Of a stretch of 64,000 nt of DNA, positions 49,389 to 64,000 are shown piece by piece. The notes below the pieces were generated by a model. It did not search any database, had not been told where the DNA came from, and saw only the letters and a program-made list of their open reading frames with translations. Numbering within the stretch: position 1 is the first letter of the stretch; every line of letters starts with the position of its first letter. This stretch comes from the human T2T-CHM13v2.0 reference genome, Homo sapiens. The DNA is taken from assembly GCF_009914755.1 (NCBI RefSeq), contig NC_060930.1; one strand, given 5' to 3'. Made by a program: the position numbers and the translations under genes.

Positions 49389-51727
49389 AGTTCTTTTTCT
49401 TTTCGACATTGGCACAAGTCAGAGAAGATGTCTTGATCCTTCACCACTGCATGTATACCCCCAATACAAAGAACAGCCACAAAGAAGTCTTTGTTGAAAG
49501 TATTTAAAACTGATTTAAGACAGAAGTGTTTAGCATTTCACAGGTCAGCCTGCTCTTCCTTAAAACTGAATTAATGTAGAAGTCCATAAGATGAGCTTGA
49601 CTCAATTAGGGGAAGGCTGGAAATCACAAATTAAGTGCAAAATTCTGTGGAACTATGTTTTCTAAGCAGATGTCCAGTGCGTGCAGCAGAATCTCAACGG
49701 AATCAACAGCCCAAAAGAGACAGACTAATAAATTCTGTCTTCATTATTTAATGAGACAGACCCCAAATTCAACACCTGGCTAATTCTTGAAACAAAATGC
49801 AGAAGAGATGTAGTATTCTTAATTTTAAAAAGCCTAAGTCTTAGAATTTATCAAATCTCAATGAAATCTGGTATACAGTTTAACTTCCATTAGACAAATT
49901 TCTTACACAGAGGGAAAAGATGAGTGAAGATGCATCTATAATAGGAAAGGCTACAGAAAATAAAACCTATATAAGGGAAAACATCAGAAATGACAAGTCT
50001 TATCACCCATTTCAAATTCTCACGACCTTGAAGAACTAAGCACCCATGGATTTATGACCCTTTCATCAGTTTCCTCTTGTATATATCTCCTCTTTGTATT
50101 CCTCAAAGAATGTCAAATAATCCTGTTCCAGTGTCAAGATAGTGGAGCAACTAACCACAAGACTTTGTGCTACTTTTAAAGGGGTGTGGCTGGAATAGAT
50201 TAGCCGCTCCTACACAAAGATACTCTCATTTGAGTCAGAAATCATGAAAACCCAATCCCATAGCTATATCAGACATTCTGTGATTTGTTCAGGGTTACAA
50301 AGTTAGCTGATGCCAGAACTGGAACTTGCCTCCCACAGTTAGTGCTCTTTATACCAGCTTCTCATGCTCTTGTGTCGCTCCATCAAATGTTTGGCACGAA
50401 TTCCCAATATACTAAAACTCTAACTCTGGGCTATTGATTAAAACAAACAAACAAACAAACAAAATGACTGAAACTAGCACAAGAAACTCAAGAAGACAGA
50501 AATTTTAAAAGTAAATAAATAGGACACTACAGAAACACATTGACTGTGACTTCTTTCACAAACAGTATCTTTTTCAACTGTGTATAGGTAAGTGATTATG
50601 GCAAGATTATTTCTGTAGTTTATTACAATTATTTTAGTGATTCAGAACTAAAAACCACTACTCCAGAATAACAAACCTGAGACTTATTAAGTTTATAACT
50701 TTCAACACAGAAATGAGCTCTGCTTTCCTATTTTTAAACTTATCACTAATGCCAGATCTTGTAATTGATTTAAACAAGTTTCAAGACAAAAACAAAATGG
50801 TTTGTTTCACTGTTATTGCTTTTCCCCATTAAATTTATGTGTTATGCAAATATTCTAACAAGATATTGCTCTACACAAATGATCTAAAGATTTTCAGCTT
50901 CATTAACAGGGTACATTGCTTACAAACCTCAATGAAAGAACAGTTAGTACTAGAACCCTTTATCAATCTATTATGCATTCAAAGTCTGTATGAAGTTTTA
51001 AGACATTTCCCAAAACAGAAGCTTTTGGTAAAAGCTAAGAAAACATTCTGATTAGTGTGGTAAATAGTATATCTTTCCTAATCTTTAAAAAACAAAATAA
51101 ACTACTTTGGGAAAAGCTGACTTTTAAGCCACAACACTGAATATTTTCTTGCTCGGCAGACAGCAAAATTCCTCATGATTAAATCCTATGAGCCAGATTT
51201 TTCTCCCCCTCATCTTGCTATTATGTGGCATGGAGCATAATTTTACAAAGCATGCACTCCTTCACTTTGTCTATTGACATTCTGTCTTCAAAAACAAACT
51301 CTTAAACTCAGAATAGATTTTCCTCTGCTATTCAAAAGCAACTGTAATGAACACACCTTAAAACATCTGACAGTGGTAATAAAGAAAAATTGTATTTGTG
51401 TGTGCCCTGAACACCAACTACAAGAATCTCCCTCTTTCTCTGAAGTGGCTGTGTTTCAAGACATCATCATACATTAAACTACTTACTACGCAAAGGAGTA
51501 AGTTGATACGTAACACAAAATCAGATATTCTAAAATCCCTACTGTTCATAAGAACTATGGGGAAGTCAAAATCAGACCAACTGAATTTTATTCCTCACCC
51601 TGCTCCCAAACCACATGACCAGAGAAGGTAAGAGCTGGGACGTGAATAATAGTAAGGGAGAGATACGAATATTCACAAATAAATTATTTAACTTATCTGC
51701 TATCAAGTTCTTAGTGAACAAGAATAA

Positions 51728-52055
<328 letters not shown>

Positions 52056-52614
52056 TCAAATGAGTTCTTCCATGAAAATGATTTGCCTGGTTAAAGGAAC
52101 ATAATAGGCACTCGATAAATGCCAGCTCCTTCCTCGTTTGGTTCTGGACTCGGTGTTATTTGTTCTCTACACTCATGCCCCCAGATGACTCAGTCTCCTC
52201 CTAACTTTTACTAACAAACACCGAAAACTACTGTACCAACCAAGGTCCTGATATGTATGTGCATGCCCAGTCTATGTGACACTGTCTCCCGTCCCTAAAC
52301 ACTTAGGTGAGCAAAACAGAGGAAGAAATCCCGAACCTCTGAACCTGAACTGCTGTAAGAACCAGCAGTTGGGGTGGACAAATCTCCACCCACTTCCCAC
52401 TGTCTCCAAGAGATCTGAATTGCCATCTAAGAATGTCTGAAACCAAACTCATCATTGTCTCTTTTAAAAAGTAAGCCCTCTTCCTGCCCCTTTTCTAACT
52501 GTGAGTGGTGTCCAAAGAATAATCCTTGCCCCACTGTATTCTCACCAAAACACTGCCAAATAACCCAGGCCTATCACGTTTACCTTCATAATCTCTACCA
52601 TCTCTCTCTCTCTC

Positions 52615-52961
<347 letters not shown>

Positions 52962-52962
52962 T

Positions 52963-53182
52963 AGGGTTTCTCAGTCTCAGCACTATTGACATCTTGGGCA
53001 CATAATGCTTGTGGAGGCTGTCCTGTGCACTGCAGGATGTTTAGCAACATTTCTGGCCTCTACCCACTAGATGCCAGTAGAACTGCTCTCTCCCCTCTAG
53101 TTATGACAATCAAAATGTCTCTAGACACTGCCAAATGCCTCTTCCCCATTGTCACCTTCATTCCCATGTTTGAGTACCACTG
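52963..53182. mobile_element. MER20 hAT element
   Basis: cactattgacatcttggg...ctgtcctgtgcactgcaggatgtttagcaacat...tctctagacactgccaaatg. Confidence 0.85.
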
Positions 53183-54619
53183 GCCCAGTTTCTCACTTCG
53201 TATCTGCCATACAAAATCAGCCCCCAAGTTAAGTCTACAGTTTTATTCCTCTAATTCCTGTGGCCCTGACAAACGACTCCTAAAGCACTGCTTTATGAGT
53301 CATTTCTCTTAAATCTACCACTCCCTGTTACCTACACAATTAGTTCAAAGCTCTCCATCCAACCTTGATAATCTGGCCTCAATTAAACATTATTCCACAA
53401 AGCACCTCATATAGTGGCTACCCAGCAGTCCTTCAATAACATATCCAGTCTCTCCCTTTCTATTCTACTGCTGTCACCCTGGTTGGATGTCCATGACCTA
53501 GCACCCAATCCAGACCACTGAAAGAGTGTCATTCCTTACCCTTTCTGCCACTCAAAGTCAAAAACTTTTCAATGGGTCTCCATTGCTTGCTGAAATATCG
53601 TTATCTGCTGCCCTTCTTCAGAGTCTTTCCCAATATGGCCTCTTTCTAATTTTATATTCTGTTATCCCGAAAACACTAGTCCTTGAAAAGGCTCCTACAC
53701 TTTCCACTTCTGATCACTTTTCTCTGCCTGGAAGCCCTCATAATTCCATTCCCCTCACTCCACCCTAATTTAAAGTCCATCTGAATTAAGTCAAAAAGCC
53801 TTTCTTGGTCATACCTCCTTAGCATTTCATAACACTTGGCACCTCTCCTATGGCATACATTATACCTTATGTTATACATGAGCACTCCTATAATTGACAA
53901 GATCCTCAAGAGCTTCTTACTCCTCTTCTGATGCCTGCAATGCCTAGCCCAGTGTTAAGTAGAGAACTAAGCATTAGATATGAGCTGCCCCAAATGTTTC
54001 CCACTTAGAAAGCAATGGAGGACTGTGTTTTCAGACAATCCCAAACTCCCTTAAGGGAATTAAGCACATATTCTCCTTTTGTCTCATATTTCTATGTCTT
54101 AGACCAATTTTTAAGTAAATTGCCTTCAAGATATCTAGACTGCTATTTAGTATACATAACTGTAAGAGTTCTGCTCCAGGGAGTTCCAACTTGTAACTGA
54201 ACCCTGAATATTTAAGCTCTCTCTTTATGCCAAAAGACAATGGAAATTTATTTTTTGAATGTTAATAAAATTGAGCAAAACATAAAAATAACTTGCACTG
54301 AATTAAACATGTTTGAAGTAAAGATTCATTAATGCTAATGTGTCTGTCCTAAAAATTACATTTCAAGTTCTAAAGTCTTTGTGTACCCATTAAAAAGATT
54401 GAAAGTTTTATTTCAACTCTTTCTCACCTCAAAGACAAACTAAAATAGAACAGAGAAGGCTTTTCCTTAATTTTATTTAGATCCTAACTTGAAGGTATAC
54501 TTTGTTATTTCTTCAAAAGGAGCAAAAAGAGTATGATTAATGAGCATGTTCTGACCAGATCTCTAAGTCCTACTCCAAAGCTGTAACAGGAGAGTACCAT
54601 AGACCACACTACCAGCACC

Positions 54620-54776
54620 CTTCGTTAGCAGACCACAGGCTTTGTTTTGTATCTCCCTGAGCTAAGAATGGCTTTACATTTTTGTGTTTTGTAAACACAA
54701 GAAGAAGAATATGCAACAGAGAGCATATGTGGCCAGCAAAGCCCAAAATATTTACTATTTGTCCCTTTTCAACAGG
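54620..54776. mobile_element. MER58-type hAT fragment
   Basis: gagctaagaatggctttacat...gcaaagcccaaaatatttactat. Confidence 0.65.
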
Positions 54777-55813
54777 ATGAATTTGGGACTCCTCGTTGCC
54801 CTTCACTGGCACGTAAGACATCCCACCTTTAAAAAAGCAATGTAAAACACAAGACCATTTAAAAAGATCGAACTCGTTCAACTTAGTCATAGTTAATGCA
54901 GACTTAACTTCTAAAACAGAGACCTGTGTGTGGACATTTTTATTCTTCACAGAATTTTTGTTGGAAGAAACTTGCCTTCATTCTGTGGATGAACATACTT
55001 ATGCTTGAAAATGGAAAGTGCCTGACCCAAAGTCACACTGCTGGTTAACAGCAGAGTAGGGTCAAGGACCCAGCCTTCAAAACCCTGGTCCAATGCTTTG
55101 CAGTCCACTACATACACCTATACATGTGGCTTTAAATTTTGGAGATGTGGATAACTAGCTTGGATCAATATAAAAGATGAAAGCTTAAAACCTGTTCCTA
55201 ACATACTGTTTAGACAGACTCCTACTAGCAGCTATGAATCATTAAACAGAGTAGCATTAATGCTCACCACATACATTAGATAAGAACTTCTAGGAAGTCC
55301 TCTGTTTCAAAAGCAGATATGATAAAAAAAGGCTTTAAACCTACAGGGTTTGCTCCTCCAGGGCTTCAGATTAGGGCAAATAACGCACTTCTGCCTACCA
55401 GCTGTTCAATACTCATCTCCCAACCCAAATCCACAAGTTCCACAAATGCTTTCGAATGCCTGTTGAAAAACATTGTTCAGTCTCATCACATACACACGTT
55501 CTACAGATAATTACAACTTCTTGTATGCCTACTTGTAAAACTACTAAGTAGTTCACATTTTAAAAAATTTCCCTAAGAATTTTGCTTCCTTTAAAAAAAC
55601 TGCTTCTTCGATTCCTAAATCTATAGAACTCACTTTATCACGTCTTCTCGGTTAATCCAAGAATTAAAAAAACCATTTTGCCCATACTGATAACTTTACT
55701 ACTCTGCAGGATCCGAAAAGCTCTCTATATGCCAGGTTCTAGGATTCACACACATTAACAACCTAAGATCCTTCAAGTGAGATAGCTCTTGCAGTACAGA
55801 GCACAGATTCTCA

Positions 55814-56347
<534 letters not shown>

Positions 56348-56444
56348 TCACACGCGCCAGGTGCGCCCGAGCAACAGGGCCCGGAGGTCGCGAGGAGGGG
56401 GCCCGGCTGCGCTCGCCGCGCCGCTGCCTGCGAGGCCCGGCGCG

Positions 56445-56495
56445 CGGCTGCGGCTGCGGCTGCGACTACGGCTCCGGCTCCGGCTCCGGCTCCGG
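56445..56495. repeat. GC-rich hexamer tandem repeat (GGCTGC)n/(GGCTCC)n in the putative 5'UTR
   Basis: cggctgcggctgcggctgcgactacggctccggctccggctccggctccgg. Confidence 0.85.
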
Positions 56496-56901
56496 CCGCG
56501 GGGAGGGTGCAGAGAAAGAGGCGGGGGCCGCGGAGGCGCGAGGCACTGGCGGACTCCGCCCCCGCCGCGGGTTCGAGTCTCCCCGGCTCCCTGCCGATTC
56601 CCCCAGACTTCCCGCCTCGGCTTCCCCTTCCGTCCACGCCTCCGGAGCGGCAGCGCTTCCCGGAAAGTTGTGGGGCTTCGAACCTAAAGTTTCGGGGGAT
56701 CTGGGCTGAGCGTGGCCGCCGCTCCGCCTCCCTCCGCCGCCATTTACAGTGCCCCGGCCCGGCCCCGACGCGCCCGCACCAACAGTGACAGCGGCGGCCG
56801 CGCTCCAGACCCGGATGTGAGGCCGGGAGGAGAGAGCGCGAGAGGGAGAGAGAAACACCCACCGGGCTGGCTTGGCCGCTCCCGGGAGAGGGAGGAGGCC
56901 G

Positions 56902-56920
56902 CAGCGCCCCCTGGTGGCCG
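56902..56920 (-). promoter_or_regulatory. CTCF core motif
   Basis: Minus strand reads CGGCCACCAGGGGGCGCTG, nearly identical to the CTCF consensus TGGCCACCAGGGGGCGCTA. Confidence 0.8.
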
Positions 56921-58407
56921 GCGCCCGGCGGCGGGATGACCGAGCCGCCCTCTGCGCGGAGATCTCAGCAGCAAGACCCCCGGAAAGGGGGGTGCAGTGG
57001 GAAACAGCCGGCAGCTCATTAAGACCGAGATAACTAAGATCCGGGTTGCAGTTTTTATGTTTCGCAGTTTCTGGTCCTAAGCGTCTGAATAATTGGATTG
57101 AAAGGGGAGCCTTGTTCAGGTTATTATCATTCTATCTGTACCTTTTCGGTACAGATGAAGATAAATGCAGTATTTCCATCTGTTCTGAAGGGCTATGAAC
57201 ATCCGGGCTATGAACATCCTGGCTATCCGGGAAGCCTCCACGTAGACACCAACATTGAGGCTTCATCTCACTCGTGCTTCAAGCCATGTTTACCTGAGAA
57301 ACAAAATGTGCTGAATAGAGGGGAAAACTGGCAAAGTTGTCCTCTTTGTTCACCAGGTCATTCCGGTCACTGGGAACTTAATACTCTACATTTATACCTT
57401 CAACTCTATCAACTCATGTAGGCCCGGGGCTGCCCACAGGGGCTGCCTTCCGTATTTTCTCCTTTATGAAAATCATGGAGTGGCGCTCTTTTAATCTGCA
57501 CCTGTCCCAGAGAGGGGATTCTTCAGCTATTTCAAGTAGAATATCTTAAGAATTTATACTTAGCAAATATAAAATACTTCAAAGACGGGAGCTAAGGCAG
57601 AATTACCCAGAGTTCTGGTTTTTATTTTGTCTTCTACAAGTTGTTTCCCAGAGTGCGGATCCTATAAATGACACATATGAGGAAATTATTACAGGTTCCC
57701 AGTCATTTATCTGTAATTGCAAAATTCAAAGCGCACTGAAAACCCAAAGACTTTTTTTTGTAACCCTTTGGAAGTAAAACCTGCCCTGCCTCATTTGGAG
57801 GCAAAATCTAAACTAAGCTTGCATGAAGCTATTTCTAGCCTTTATGGATCCCACTTAGTGTCAATATTTACTCATTTCACTCCAGGTCTTTGTAGAATGT
57901 TAATATGTACACAGTCACAGGCATTCTATTATCTTTCTATTTTTTAAGAAAGATAAGGGATTTTAGACCTGTCAATGTCTTCTGACTTGACTAGTAGTAT
58001 TTGATAAAGGTAAGTATATACTATCCATTAAGCTTATTTCCCATCTCTAAGACTTTCAGTTTGCTACAGCAGCCCCTCATGTGTCCTTTCAGGGCACCTG
58101 CAGCAAGTGATCAGACCCCCCCCAGACAGCTGCCTTCCAAAGGTGTAAACAGAAAGAGCACAATGGGGTAGGGATTGGCTCACAATTGTCTTTGCATCTT
58201 TTTCTCTGCCACCTCTCCTAGGCCTTGCAGCTCTTGTCGGCCCCAGGGCCTTTGTTCCTGCCATCTAAAATAGTCCTTCCACAAACCATGGCATGGCGTA
58301 TTCTCTCATATGGTTTCAGGTCCCTGCTCATATGTCACCTCCTCAGAGCAGCCTTCCTGCAACAGCTGCTGTAAAATAATCCCACCATGCACTATCCCCT
58401 TATCTGA

Positions 58408-58740
<333 letters not shown>

Positions 58741-59059
58741 TGACATTACATATATAGCTGTTACATTTTTAACGGCTAATTATTGAATAATTACTAAGTT
58801 TCAGGCATTGTTCTAAAGCTTTACACTAATAACCACATTATTCACAACAACCCTATTAAGTGGTACTACTAGGTTTTTTTTTTTTTTTGACAGATTAGGA
58901 AACTGAGGCAAAATGGGTTAAGTATTGTGTAAGTCATGTTGCTATTAAATACCCGGATCTGGGATTCAAACTCCAGGCTGTCTCAACTCTAAAAATCACT
59001 ACCCTATCTTGCCTGTCTAATTTCTTTGTTAAGTTTGTTATTAAGAAAATATTTCTTCA

Positions 59060-59496
<437 letters not shown>

Positions 59497-59531
59497 TCAA
59501 TTTTGACATTGATGTGATAAGCCATTCAATA

Positions 59532-60711
59532 CAGTAAGTCCTCAATTAATGTTATTGTGGATAGGTCCGTGGAAACTAATTTTAAGCAAAACAAGGTATT
59601 CTAACCAAGTAGTTTAGCTTCAAAAGAAAACTTTTTTCTTTTCTCCTTTCTTGCCAGTCTCAAGCTGTAACCTTGAAACAAACTGTAGAAACCTTTTCTC
59701 TTTAGTCTTAAAATATAGCCTTGAAACATACTTTGAAACTCCACTCCCTTCTATTTCCCACAATGTACTCCCTTACCCAATGCACATTTATCTAACTGTA
59801 TGCTTCTTAAAAATTCCAGGGGCTAATTTAAAATGAACTAGGCACAAAGGCCCAGCTGCAGAATTGTCCCCCACTTAAAGATTGCCTCAAGATAGATAAT
59901 CTGCAGCCTGGCCACAGGCGAGATGACGCCAGCCTGCATTTTAGATGGACCATAACTCAAGATAGGCGTTGAAGCAAGACACACAGCCCGGGCTCCCGGC
60001 ACAACTCTTGCATGTTTCCCATATCAAGGTTCCCTTTTTGAAACCTCTGCCTTCAGCCCAGACTTTTGAAGCAGTTTCCAGAGGTGTAAGCTGGCTGTTT
60101 CCCCACTGCTAGCTTTGAAAAATAAAGTCACTTTCCTTTCACCCCTTGTTATTGGGTTTGCAAAGGGCAAACAGCCAAGGCTGCACTTGGTTACGGTATC
60201 ATGAAACCAATTTTATCATAGGCTAATTGATAATTTGCTACAAACAAGAGTTAAGTTGCTGTGACATATTTCTGGTCACAGAATCACCAAATTTCTAAAT
60301 CGAGACCAAAACACTTCTAATATTAAACATTTAAGTAAAGGTAAGCTACACATGCAACTAAAATGATTAACTAAAAAAAAAATAACTACTTACCCTATTT
60401 TTGGTATATTGGTGAGTTACCACGGTTGTCCTGGTGGTGGGTTAAATCAAGGAATAAATGTCTGCAAAGTGAAGTTCAAAATCATCACAAACATGGTGGC
60501 TTGCTGAGCTCTCTGGCACCACCTTGTTTACTGTTTTGCATCTGTATGATCATCATATGCTTTACACATTTTTATTTTTCAGTCACTTATATTCATTCAT
60601 TTTCCTACCTACTTATTCCATTTCGGGGTTGTGGGTAGCAAGAGCCTATCCCAGTGGCTCATGGGACAGGTAGAACCCAGCCCCTGTCTAGGATGTGATT
60701 GCATCACAGGG

Positions 60712-60758
<47 letters not shown>

Positions 60759-60972
60759 CCACACTCACTCAGACTGGGACCATTTAGACACCCTGACTTA
60801 TCTAATGTGCACATCTTTGGGATGTGGAGGGACACCTGAGGATTCAGAGAAAACCCACACAGACATAGGGAGAGCATGCAGACTTCACACAGACAGTGGT
60901 GCCTACGGGGAATGCATTTATTTTTTCTCATCAATGTTATAATGAAACAATGTTGCTATTGAAGGACCTGTT
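59532..60972. mobile_element. MER6-like TcMar-Tigger element with a nested LTR and (CA)n (60715-60757)
   Basis: TA-CAGTAAGTCCTCA start; ...gaaggacctg end. Confidence 0.7.
59600..60195 (+). mobile_element. ERV1-class solo LTR (subfamily not determined)
   Basis: TcTAACC...GGTTACg termini; 4-bp TSD GTAT; AATAAA at 60121. Confidence 0.7.
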
Positions 60973-61131
60973 ACCTTCTAATCTCCTCCTAGTTTTGCAC
61001 CCTTAACCTTAGAAACCTCCAGCACCACTCCTCTTTAGCAACCCAAAGTAATTATAGGATTGCTTCACTTCCAAGTTCTGGAACTCTGAAACTTCTTTCT
61101 CAGTCCATAACATGCTGTCCTTTCACTCTCA

Positions 61132-63809
<2,678 letters not shown>

Positions 63810-64000
63810 CTCCTTATAACCTTCAGGTTCTCCTCAATACCAGCACATAGTTAATGTATTCAAAAATATACTTTGAGCATCTTGTGCCATTGTAAAACAA
63901 ACTTCATGGTCTTTTCTTCAGGGATCATACAGTTCAGGGACCTTGTTGTCATTATGTCCAGGGTACTCTGCTAGCACCCTTGATTCCTTCATGCACTCTA

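Overview
Eukaryotic (human or closely related ape) genomic DNA, not microbial. The window holds the 5' half of REPS1 (RALBP1-associated Eps-domain protein 1) on the minus strand. Coding exons 1-8 (56218 down to 9876) can be rebuilt with canonical GT-AG sites and continuous phase (153+124+197+154+125+163+64+155 nt) and encode EH1, the Pro/Ser-rich linker and EH2; the gene continues off the left edge. A CpG-island promoter/5'UTR lies at about 55.8-57.05 kb. The remainder is intronic or upstream sequence rich in Alu, L1, L2, MIR, hAT/Tigger DNA transposons and MaLR/ERV LTRs, including a full-length THE1 element at 61.5-63.8 kb. I see no new multi-gene system. The most interesting signals concern REPS1 regulation: two candidate poison exons (2767-2868, 15000-15099), inverted Alus bracketing exons 5-7 (circRNA architecture), two uORFs, a near-consensus CTCF site, and a sense-oriented intronic THE1 LTR with an intact DUX4-type site. 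Repeat subfamily names and boundaries were read by eye and are approximate.
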